64,000 bases of DNA from Azolla caroliniana (taxonomy: Eukaryota; Plantae; Polypodiophyta): the NCBI GenBank assembly GCA_043228905.1, contig JBHGNT010000015.1, forward strand, positions 1,178,001 through 1,242,000. The letters are read 5' to 3'. Position numbers and translations under genes: made by a program. How positions within the stretch are numbered: position 1 is the first letter of the stretch; the number at the start of each line of letters is the position of its first letter. Positions 37,746 through 49,400 of the stretch are shown here, in pieces. The notes beneath the pieces are model-generated. The model was not told the origin of the DNA. It made no database searches and worked only from the letters and a program-made list of their open reading frames with translations.

Positions 37746-38902
37746 CAGATGTTTGACCGGCTAGGGGTTAAACTCTCGCTCACCACGGCGTACAATCCGG
37801 AGACGAATGGGAAGGTGGAATGCGGACACGGGCCGATCATCAAAGTGTTAGTGCGGGCATGTGGAGGCCAAGTTGGAAACTGGCCACGGCTCTTACCCTA
37901 TGCGTTGTGGGCTGACTGAACTACGCACAATTCGGTAACCGGCGGAGTTGATGTACGGGCAGAAGCCGGTCATGCCAATAGAGCGAACGATCTCCTCATT
38001 GGCAATGGTGGACTGGAGAGACAAGATGAGCCAGGAGGAGCTGTTAGCGGCGCGGATCCGACAACTCGAGCGAAGACCGGAGGATGTGGAACGAGCCGCG
38101 GAAAAACTGTGGGCTGCGAGGGTAAAGAACAAGGGACAATTCGACCGGACTCACCGACTAAGGCCGAATAAAATCGAGGAAGGCGATTGGGTTTTGGTAT
38201 ATGAAAACAACCTCGATAACCAGCACAAAGCAATGCGGAAATTTGCAACGAGGTGGTTCGGGCCTTACGTTGTGACAAGCGCCAACGACAACGGGACCTA
38301 CCATCTCGCGGAGCTTGACGGGACGAGGATGTCAGTACCGGTGGCCGGGAAAAGGATCAAAGCGTTCAAAAAGTGGCACAAGGATGAACTAGACCCGAAC
38401 GACTTGGATAGCGAGGACGACCAGTTTGGAGTGAATGGCGATCCAGAGGACGAAGGGTAAGCGCGGGCTGGTCTTCTCCGACAAGAGTCTAGTCTGGCGC
38501 ATATCGGCGGATGTGCGGTTAGGTGGGGGCGGATGTTGTGGAGAAAACCGTCCCTAGGTGGAATCGGAGAATGATGTGCGTGAACCGGCCCTTACACATG
38601 GGCACAAGTTTTGTTGCAATGTACATATTTAGGTACAAGTCGGTTGATGTGAATATCCTAGGTCGCATGGATTTGATAGCTAGGAAATCGAGGCATATCT
38701 TTGTCCGAAAGGACCGAGAATAAAGAGGATGTAACAAGTTGTAACGGCCTCCCTCCTTGGGCTATAAAAGAGAGGAGAGGAATTAAAAAAGGGGATCGCT
38801 TTTGTGGAGGGCGAAGCGCTGTTGGTCTGGGACCGAGCTCTTCTCCTCTGTCTTTCTCTGTATTTGCTGTGTGTAGGTTTCGGGAGGCTGACTCTGTTCC
38901 GC

Positions 38903-41900
38903 TGTCGAGGTATTCCTCGCGGATGCGTGGAATGAGGCGGGACCTCAGGGGTCTTGTATCGAAGAGCAAGAGAGAAAGGAGAAGGGAAGAGACCCACTGG
39001 GTGCGAGCGTAGATCCACAGGGACACGGCCCTTCGACACAAAGACGCGAGTGGGACAGCGACACAGAGAGACACGAATGTATGTATGTATTAACAAAGAC
39101 AAACAACAAGAACACGAAGTCGGTTACAACCGAACAGGCCGGCGAACAGATGCTGATGCCTGTTCGTAAACGCACAAGAAGAAAGGAGTAGGTTGGAGGT
39201 GCTGCCGGAAGCACTCGGGCTTTCCTCAGAGCAGCGCGAGCCTCCCGAAACCTGCACAGAAAGAAGCTATGGAGTTTGGAAGAGAGAGAAGCCTTCGGCC
39301 CGCAATCTGACAGCACTTCGTCCTCTCTTACTTCGCGATCCCTTCCTCCTCCTCGTCTCCCTCCTTTTATAGGCAAGAAGGGAGCCGTTTCCTATTAACT
39401 TCCTACCTACCAAATCTACCTACCTAGGATCTTCCATGTCCCTAATTCTCTCCTATGTACAACACAAGGCGTACGTGCATGAAGAGCCGGTTCCTATGCT
39501 CCGGCGCACCGATTCCGCTTGTGGACGATTTTCTTCACGACATCCGCCCCCACCTAACCACGCATCCACCGGCATGCGCCAAATTGAGTTGGGACGGAGA
39601 AAACCGGTCCAGCCTTTATTCCCCGCCCGTCGGTTCTTCATCGGTTTCGGATTGTTCATCGTCCCGGTCCAGGTTATCCGGATCCGGCTCGTCGTCGTGA
39701 CGCTTCTTGAACGCTTTGATCCGCTTCCCAGCTACCGGTATCGTCATTCTCGTGCCGTTGAGTTCCGCCAGATGGTACGTCCCGTTGTCGTTGGCGCTTT
39801 GTACCACGTAAGGCCCGAACCACCTTCTTGCGAACTTCCGTGTCGCTCGGTGCTGGTTGTCGAGGCTGCTGTCGTAGACTAGCACCTAGTCGCCTTCCTC
39901 GATCTTCTTCGGTTGGAGCCGGTGCGTCCGGTCGAACCGGGTTTTGTTCCTCTTCCTTGCCACCCGAAGCTTTTCCGCAGCCTGCTCCACGTCCTCCGGT
40001 CTTCGCTCGAGCTGCCGTATGCGCGCCGCCAACAGTTCCTCCCGGCTCATCTCGTCTCTCCAGTCCACGGTTGCCCATGAGAAGATTGTACGTTCCATCG
40101 GCATGATCGGCTTCTGCCCAAACATGAGCTCTGCCGGCATGAATTCGGTTACCGAACTGTGCGTAGTTCGGTCCGCCCACAACGCGTAAGGCAGCAGCCG
40201 CGACTAGTTCCCGACTTGACCTCCGCATGCCTGAACTAACGCCTTGACGATCGGTCCATGTCCGCGCTCCACCTTTCCATTCACCGCCGGATTGCACGTA
40301 GTGGTAAGCGAGAGCTTGACTCCTAACCGGTCGAACAGCTCCTCGGCTTCTTCGGCGTCCAACTCCCCGCGATCAGCCACGATCTTCCCGACGCACCCGT
40401 ACCGGCATATCATGTCCTCGATCAGGAACCGACATACGGCCGCGGTCATTTTGTTCTGAAGGGCTCGACCTTCCACGTGGTTCGTCAGATCTTCCCGAGC
40501 CAGGACCAGATACCACATCTGTCCTACGCCCATCGGCATCGTCACCAGATCTACCATCCATTTGAAGTGGATGGTCGGAGGGTACGTAGGGTGAAGCTCG
40601 TCCCGATGCCGGACTATGGAGTGCATCTGACAGCTCGCAAGTTGTCACGAACCGATGCACGTCCCGGTACAGTCCCGGTCACCGGTACTTCCCCTTTATC
40701 TTCTTGAACGTGGCCCATGTTCCACGGTGTCCAGCCCAAGGGCTGTCGTGGTAGGTCGTCAGCAGCTCCTCCTGTTCTTCCTTCATCGCCACCACCCGGA
40801 GCGGGACGCCGTTCCTCTTCTTCGGGTGCTTCCATAAGTATCCGTCCCGAAGAAAGAATCGGTAAGCTTTCTTCTGGATCCGGTTGGCCTCGTCCTTCGT
40901 CCATGACGCATCCGGCGTCATTGTCCTCAAAAATCCACCGATCTGGAGCCACTCGCCGTCGTACTTGCTCTCGTCGAAGTCGTTAAGTGCCGGAGTGCTC
41001 GTCCCATCGTCGTCACGTACGCCGCCTCGAAGAAGTCCACGCCGACTTCTTCGTCCTCCGAAACCATGCCGCCCTCGTCATCAAACCTCACCCTCGAAAG
41101 CATGTCGGCCATGGCGTTGTCCTTTCCGGAAATGTGCCGTATTTCCGGATCCAAGGACTTGATGTACGCTATCCACCTGAGCATCGCCAGGTCCGGTGTC
41201 GCGCATCCGGAAACCATGCTGAGAATTGGCAGGCAATCCGTCTCGATAATCACTTCCGTCCCGATCAGGTAGTCTTTGTCGGCCTTCACTGCCGAAATGA
41301 TACCCCAGAGTTAGCGTTTAACCTGGGCGTACCCTCGCTGTCGCTCACTGAGGACCTTTGCACCGAATCGGATCGGGAACCGAATGCCGTCCCCGTCTTC
41401 TTGGTTGACGACCCATCCGATCCCGGTCGGACTCGTATCCACCGTTATGTATACCGGGGTACCCTTCTCGTAGACAGCCTTCCGGAGCGCCGGTGCTGCC
41501 GCAAGAGCTTCCTTCAGCTTCCGGACCGACTCCGTGTGCTCGTCTCGCCACTCGAATTTTCGCCCTTTCTTCAGCAACCCGTATAGCGGCTCCGCAACGT
41601 GGGCGTAATGCGGGATCCATATGTGGTAGAATGCGCATGCCCCCAGGAACCTCCGAACTTCCGTAACCGAGCTACAGTCGGTCTTCATCGCGGAGATGGC
41701 TTCTACCTTTGCCGGAGACGGCTTCCGGCCATATGGTCCACATAGGTGTCCGACCACCAGGATTTCTGATTGCCCGAAGGCCGATTTCTCCCCGGAGAAG
41801 GTGAGCCTCGCATCCTCTAGCCTTTGTAGCACCTTCTCACAGTCGTCGATGTGTGTTGCCACGAATCGCCGGCATCCATCCGGTCCGAGTTTTGCGTCCT

Positions 41901-44900
41901 TCTCTTCTACCGGGCACCCCTTGATCGGAATGTCGTCCAGAAATGGCATGGTGATGTCCGGGATGCAATCCCTCAGTACCTTGTTCATTGCATTCACCAT
42001 GTGGGCCACCGAGTTGGTTCCTCCTTGTGGCAGGGTACACATTCGCACTAGGCCGAGGGGGGTTCGCATCGTCGTAATGTCTCTGCTCTCCACGGCTAGC
42101 TGGAACTGGTCGTACCCCGAGTACAGATCACCGACCGAGTAAATCGACCTTCCGGCGAAGGCCTCCGCGAACTCGTCTATGGTCGGTCCGATTCCTGCGT
42201 TCCGAATGGTCACTCTGTTGACCGGCTGCAGGTCTTGAATGAAGCGCAATGTTCCGTTTTTCTTTGGTACGGTAAACCATCGGTTCGAGTATGGGGCACT
42301 TGACAGTTTGAGAATGCCCATATCGACTTTCTGCCTCAATAGCTCCATCAACTTCGGGATGTGAGCTCTCGGTACTGGAATCGGCTTGAGATTCCACGGC
42401 ACATGCGGTACCGTGAATATCACATCGGCTCCACGATCGTCGGGTCTACGCACCCGATCTCTTCCGGTGAGAATGGAAGGCTTTCCCGTGCCTTCCGAGC
42501 ATCCTCTGAAACCGGTCTTCCTCCGTTGGCAGTAGGAACCCGCCCCCACCGATTTTGAGCTCCCGGAGCGTTCCGTCGGTGAAGGTGTGTCCTATGCAGA
42601 CCGGATCTCGCAAACTGGGGTCCGACGCAACCCCTCTGATCCGGGACTCGCTGCCCTCCGGTAAAGGTGCCGCGACTGGCCTTACCTTCCGGTCCACAGT
42701 CTTGTACTTCGTGCTAACTCGGGCTGTCCGATCCGACCCGAGCCCCCGACTGAAGTTCGCGATGACTTCGTACATCTCTTCGGAACATACCGGTATCGTC
42801 CGGTCTTCGTTAAGGTCTTCTTCGGCTACCTCCCTCAGCATTCCCAATTTCTCGACGTCGCCGATCTTGACTCGCACGTTCGGGCAGGCCCCATGCAGTT
42901 CCTCGGTGGCGCGCGTCGCCGCCCGTATCTTCCACCCGTGCTTGGTGTTGATCGGCCACTTTCCCTTCTTATAGAAGTCCATGGACATTAGGTTTATTTC
43001 CGAACCGTGGTCCACCAGTGCTACCACCGGTTCCTGAACATCTCCGATCATTACCGGGGTCTCCATGGTCGCTCGGGCCCAGTGCGGCCTTGAATAGTGG
43101 CTCTCCGCCCACTCATCTTCCAGCGCCATGTCGTCGATGTGCGTCGTCCGCACCTCCACCGGTCTTTCCGGTTCCGTCTCCGTCGACAGCCTCCTCCGTT
43201 TCACCAGGTCCACAATGGAGTCGTGGAACTCCTTCTTGGCGATCCCTAGCACCTCCCGTAATGACAACTCCACTTTGCTGTCGAGGATCCGTTCTTCTAG
43301 GACCTTTCGTAGGTCCGTGGTCCTTTCTATTTCCGTCCCCAGTCGGTATCTGCCCTTCCTGGGGTTATCTTGCGAGCTGAACCCACCGGCATCGTTCCGT
43401 CGTTGCCCGAATCGGGTCTCGTACCGTTGTGAGGGCCCAGCCGATCCGGATTTCCCCACTCGTTTGTCTTCTACCAGAGCCTCGTAGTTCCGGCAGGCGG
43501 CTTCTACGAAGCCCGTCTTCTCCTCGATCGGGTCGCTCCACCCGGTTATTTCCCGGACCCGTCTCTCAGCGCGGTCCGTTTCATCTTTCCTCAGCCATGC
43601 GCCGGCGAGGCCTTCCAGCATTGCCGACCAGAATCCGTCTTTGCTCTCCTTTCGGGCCTCGCTGCCCCCGACCCGAATACCGGCCGACGCCGAGTAGTGG
43701 ATGGCCTCCACGTGTCGGGCCGCTGCCTCTTCCATCAGTCTCTTCATACCTCCTCGCCTGTCGTTTCGGTTTAGGGCCCTTCTGGTGTCGCCGGCATGCA
43801 CCCGGCCTTCCCACAGGTACACCACCCGGTTCCTCAACGCTTCTGCGAAATCGCTGCAGTCCTTCTGGATGTGGCCGACCTCGTCGCACCACATGCACCT
43901 GTTCCCTGCTGCCGGCCGTCGGTCACGAGCCGGTTCGCCGCCTTCCCTTCGAGCCTGGGTGATCTGGAGATCCTTTATCGCCCGCATCAACTCCTCCAGC
44001 GCTGCTCCTCCGGATGAGCCATTGACCATGCCGGTCGAAGCCGAACCGGTTTCGAGCCACTCCCGGGCTTCTGCCCTTCGCTCTTGCGGTGCCGGTTCAA
44101 GCCTCCTTGCCGTGACAGAGCCCGCTCCGGTCGCCCCGTTGTCAGCCCATTCTCGCCGTTTGTCGAAACGGCCACAAACTCTCTTAACTGCCATCCAGTC
44201 GGTCGTCAGCCCGTCTTCGGTTTCTAGCAAGGAGCCGACTTGATCCCGGTCCCGCTCGTCCACCGACTTGACGAACAGTAGGACCCGGCTCGTATCCAGA
44301 ACGGTTCGGTCAAGCGCCGAAAGGCGCGCAAAGCGTTCCTCAAACTCCCGGAGGAGTGCCAACGCGTTTCTTCCCTTGCCGGGGGACTCCACCCATTCCA
44401 TGAAGTCCCGTTTCGAAAGCCGGAGCGCGTCGTCCAGCCCGTATTTTTCTAGGAGCCGGCCCTCGAACTCCTCCCAGGTACGGCTCTCCGCCCGTACCTC
44501 GAGCACCTCCGCATGGATGCTCGGCATTGCCACTCGAGGGAACCCGGCAAGACGCCTCTCTTCCGGAATGTCCCGCATCAGCATTTCTGCCCCGTAGGAC
44601 GCCAAATACTCCGTGGCATCCTTTCCGCTGAACCGGCCGATCGTACCGACGACCGCCTCAATGGCTCTGTCGAGGGCGCCGGAGCCCTCGCGTGCGCTCA
44701 ATATCCGATCCACGGCCGAAGCCATGGCCTCCGCAAGATCCGACCCTTTCATCTTCTGCTCTTCTGCCGCCTCCTTCACGTCGGGTTCACCAAGATGTCG
44801 AGGTATTCCTCGCGGATGCGTGGAATGAGGCGGGACCTCGGGGGTCTTGTACCGAAGAGCAAGAGAGAAAGGAGAAGGGAAGAGACCCATTGGGTGCGAG

Positions 44901-45435
44901 TGTAGATCCACAGGGACACGACCCTTCGACACAAAGACGCGAGTGGGACAGCGACACAGAGAGACACGAATGTATGTATGTATTAACAAAGACAAACAAC
45001 AAGAACACGAAGTCGGTTACAACCGAACAGGCCGGCGAACAGATGCCGATGCCTGTTCGTAAACGCACAAGAAGAAAGGAGTAGGTTGGAGGTGCTGCCG
45101 GAAGCACTCGGGCTTTCCTCAGAGCAGCGCGAGCCTCCCGAAACCTGCACAGAAAGAAGCTATGGAGTTTGGAAGAGAGAGAAGCCTTCAGCCCGCAATC
45201 CGACAGCACTTCGTCCTCTCTTACTTCGCGATCCCTTCCTCCTCCTTGTCTCCCTCCTTTTATAGGCAAGAAGGGAGCCGTTTCTTATTAACTTCCTACC
45301 TACCGAATCTACCTACCTAGGATCTTCCATGTCCCTAATTCTCTCCTATGTACAACACAAGGCGTACGTGCATGAAGAGCCGGTTCCTATGCTCCGGCGC
45401 ACCGATTCCGCTTGTGGACGGTTTTCTTCACGACA
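38903..45435 (-). mobile_element. Ty3/gypsy element G3, both LTRs present, coding region defective
   Basis: 640-bp LTRs at 38903-39542 and 44796-45435 (about 12 transitions counted), 4-bp TSD CCGC, PBS 44775-44792, PPT 39543-39559. Gag from ATG 44752 with CMWCDEVGHIQKDC, protease LVDHGSEIN, RT PFLDDIPIKG, RNase H, integrase H-H-C-C and GPY motif; several stops and frameshifts. Confidence 0.95.
44775..44792 (-). promoter_or_regulatory. Primer-binding site complementary to the 3' 18 nt of tRNA-Trp(CCA)
   Basis: TGGTGAACCCGACGTGAA; the plant tRNA-Trp 3' end is ..TTCACGTCGGGTTCACCA (recalled). Identical copies at 52318-52335 (-) and 56310-56327 (+). Confidence 0.88.
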
Positions 45436-46411
45436 CCGCGGAACGCCCGAGTGCTTCCGGTAGAGTCTCCATCTCACTCTTGTGTGTGTGTGTGTGTAGG
45501 CGTAGGAGATTTGTCGCTCACTGGCCTGCCGGTTGTAACCCTTTTCATTGGCCTGCCGGTTATATATATACATATACACATTCGTCTCGTTTTCTGTTGT
45601 TTCATTCGGGTGCAGTTTTTGTGTATCTGTGTGTGTGTGTGTGTGTGTGGAAGCATGACCGTTGTCTTCCTTGCTCCTACTCCTGGTCGGTTATTCCTCG
45701 TTCCAAGACCCCCAAGGTCCCGCCTCGTTCTATACGCACGCGCGTAACAACGTGACAACGTACTCGTTTTTCCGCGCGGTTAGCTTCTCTCTTCTTCAGC
45801 CTCCTTTCGGAGAAGGTTTCCTGTACCACCGGCCAAAACCCGGGGTTGGTATCGACGTTAGCCGCCTTTCCACTTACGCGAATGCCGGCCAAGGCTGTGT
45901 AGTGGATGGCCTCGACGTGCCGTGCCGCAGCCTCCTCCATCAACCTCTTTATGCCGCCTCGTCCGTGGTTTACTTCTAGCATTCTCCATGTGTCGCTCGC
46001 GTGCACCCTGTCATTCCAAAGGTACACCACGTTGCTCCTGAGTGCTTCGCTGAAGTCGGCACAATCTCTCCAGGCATGGCCAAGGGCATCACACCATATG
46101 CACCTTTACTTGGCCGGTGGTTGCGGGGCTGGCCTTCATCGCTCTTTTGGGCCTGAGCGATCTGGAGATCGTGCACCAGTTTTGTCAACTCTTTTAGAGC
46201 CGCGCCCCCAGATGGTCCCGCGATTACGTTCGCCGGGGTTGGGCCTGGCTCGAGCCACCTTCTCGTTTCTTCCATTCGGGTTGGCGCCGGCTCGACCCTC
46301 GTTTCGATAGTCGGTCTGACTGTCGAGGACCCCTTCTCTTTCCAGTCTCTGCGCTTGTCAATCCGGCCACACACCCCTTTGACCACGGCTCAATCGATCG
46401 TGAGTCCGTCG

Positions 46412-49400
46412 TGTTGGGATTACGGTCCCTTTCGGATGGGATGGTCGGATGTCGGAGATGAATACCGACGAGCCCGGTTTCGGTTTCGGAACCGGATGAT
46501 GAAGACCCCGGCTTCGGAGCCGGATGACGAATGTACCCGGAGAGCGATCCGGACGCAGGGACATATCCGTGAATATGTTTGCTATGGGCCCCTGAGGCTA
46601 TAGTTGTAAATAGCCCCAAAGTCATATATGTATAAATATGACTTAGGGCAAACTGTTTTTGTTGTTGCTCATTATTTTTCTGTTTTTCCACTTAAGAGGA
46701 ATGAAGAGGGAGCAGCCGTGAGAGTGAGAGAGAGATAGAGCGTGAGAGAGGAAGAGGACGACGCCTCTGTGTATTTCCGCCGCCTGTGGCGAGGACAGCG
46801 AGCTCAAGGTCGTCGCCTTGTAGCTCGCCATTGTATACTTCTCTTTTGTATAGTGTTGGTTTGGAGTCTTGTACTCCCGTGGTTTTCCCATCTAGGGTTT
46901 TCCACATTAATCACTGTGTATTCGTGTGTTTCTCTCTGTGGTCCCTATTTTCTGCTGCATTGATTCACGATTACTTGGTTGTGGCCGAGCGGAGGAGGTG
47001 AATCGAAGCGTCGATCCCCAACAAACTGGTATCAGAGCGAGCTGCTGCAGAAAATGGAAGGCGGCGGCAGCGGGCAGCCGGGGATGATGGTGCTGAATGC
47101 GCAGAATTACGCCGACTGGAAGATCAAGATGGAGGATCTTCTGATTGTTCGGGACCTGTACGAACCGATTGACAGGTCGGAAATACCGAAAGGGGTACTT
47201 GAGTCGGAATGGAGGCTTCTGAACCGGAAAGCCGTTGCAACCATTCGGCAATACGTAGACGTGAGCGTTCTACAACATGTGGCGAACGACACCAATGCAT
47301 ATGAGATGTGGCGGAAGCTGTCGGGCCTCTATGAGAGGAAGAATGCATTGAACCGGACCTCCCTGATGAGGAAGATAGTGAATCTCAAGTACCGGGATGG
47401 CGAGAGTATGGTGGAACACGTAAGCACGTTCATGGGATTCGTGAATCAGCTTGCGGCGATCAAGTTCCCGTTGGAGGATGCAATGCAAGCCATCATCCTG
47501 ATGTGTACATTGCCGGAAAGCTGGGAGAACTTGGTGGTGACTCTCAGCACCTCCTGCACCGAAGATAACTTGTCCTTACAAACGGTAAAGACAAGTATTT
47601 TGAACGAAGAAGCGCGTCGGAGAGACAAAGAACCGGCCTCTGACTCGAAGGCGCTGCTTACCGAATCGGATCGGGGAAGACAATGGAACCGGAGTCCGCA
47701 AAGACGGGAGAAGTCGGGGACCCGGTCGCAATCAAGAGGAAGGCCCACATGCTTCCACTGTGGGAAGCCGGGGCACTTCCGAAAGAATTGTCGGCATTAC
47801 CGAAAAGACAACGGAGCCGACGACACCGATTCGAAGAAGTCACCGGAGAGAAACGGTGCATACCGGGGAGCCACGGACCGGAGAGGTCCGGATCGGCGAG
47901 GGCAGGACCGGAGAGGAACGACGGCACTCGCGGCAAGTGAGGAAGAAATCATGCTCATCACCGAAGAAGGTGAACTAAACATTGCCGGCGATGAGACGAC
48001 CTGGGTGGTCGATTCCGGAGCATCGTTCCATCTGACACCGGAGAGAAGATACTTCTCATCCTACACAGCCGGTGAGCATGGCTGTGTTCGGATGGGAAAT
48101 GAAGGTACGTGCCGGATTGCCGGCATAGGAGACGTGTGGTTGACAACCCCGACCGGATGCAAAATGCTGCTGAAGGATGTCCGACACGTTCCGGAGGTTC
48201 GATTGAACCTGATTTCGGCCGGGAGGCTAGACGATGAAGGCTACACAGGTAGCATCCGGAACGGCGTAATGAAGTTCAGCAAGGGGAGCCTGATAGTGGC
48301 TCGGGCCCGGAAAGACAACACACTGTACCTGATGAATGCCCGGTTATGTCCGGAAGAGCTGAATGTGGCAGCCGACACTGCCGGTGAGCTGTGGCACAAA
48401 AGACTGTGCCACATGAGTGAGAAGGGGATGAAGAGGCTTGCCGAAGACAACCTCATTCCAGTGAAGCATGTGCACCTGGAGAAGTGCACCGATTGCCTGG
48501 CAGGTAAGCAGAACCGAACCTCCTTCCATTCAAGGCCACCGACGAGACGTAGCGCACCATTGGAGCTGGTGCACACTAATGTGTGTCAGGTAGAAACGAA
48601 GTCACATGGCGGAGCCCAGTACTTCGTAACATTCATTGATGATCACAGCCGGAAGCTGTGGTCGGCACCATTGAAGACAAAGGACCAAGTGTTGTGCGTC
48701 TTCAAAGAACTCCACGCGAGAGTGGAAAGGGAATCCGGCAAGAAGCTGAAAGCGATACGAGCGGATAACGGAGGTGAATACCGGGGGCAGTTCCAGGAGT
48801 ACTGTCGCTCGAAGGGAATCCGACTCGAGTTTACTGTGCCGAAGACGCCGGAACTAAACGGGCTGGCCGAGAGGATGAACCGAACCATAATGGAGAGGGT
48901 CCGGAGTATGCTGGCGCATGCGAAATTACCCAAGGGGTTTTGGGCTGAGGCAATGTCGACGGCGACATACGTGATAAACAGATCACCCTCAGTACCTTTG
49001 GACGGAAACACGCCGCAGAAAGTGTGGACCGGTAAGGAAGTGTCCTACCGGCATCTGAAGGTGTTCGGGTGTCTCGCATACGTGCATGTGGCAAAGGACC
49101 GGAGAGGAAAGCTAGATCCAAAGACCCGGCCATGCATATTCCTCGGTTACGGCGACGACGAGTTCGGCTACCGAGTATGGGACCCGGTCGACAAGAAGAT
49201 ATTCAGGAGTCGAGACATCATCTTCATGGAGGACAAGACACTCGCCGACTGGGAGTCGGAGAAGAAGATGAAGAGCTCCAAGTCGACCGGTGAGGATCAA
49301 CTCTACGAGGAGCAGTCCCGACCGGCAAGGGACCGGTTAGCACTCGAGGATCCGGCCGAAGACGGTGAAGAAACAGAACCGGCCGAAGAAGATGAAAATG

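Larger units (their letters stand above)
37749..45757 (+). mobile_element. Ty3/gypsy element G2, 3' remnant; its LTR is split by G3
   Basis: Integrase C-terminus 37749-38460 (WFGPYVV), PPT GGTTAGGTGGGGGCGGA to 38533, 3' LTR 38534-38902 + 45440-45757 (TGTTGTGG..CGTGACA). The rejoined LTR is co-linear with the G4 LTR. Confidence 0.88.

Noticed and set aside
44775-44792. tRNA-Trp-like sequence (also at 52318 and 56310) as a tRNA gene
   Set aside because: Only the 3' 18 nt including CCA is present, adjacent to an LTR; it is a primer-binding site.
44753-44995. N-terminal extension of G3 Gag starting in the LTR
   Set aside because: It begins at a non-ATG codon and is not kept in frame in G1 or G4; ATG 44752 is the conserved start.
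39436-45269. Many antisense ORFs over the retroelements
   Set aside because: Expected shadow ORFs of GC-rich coding sequence.
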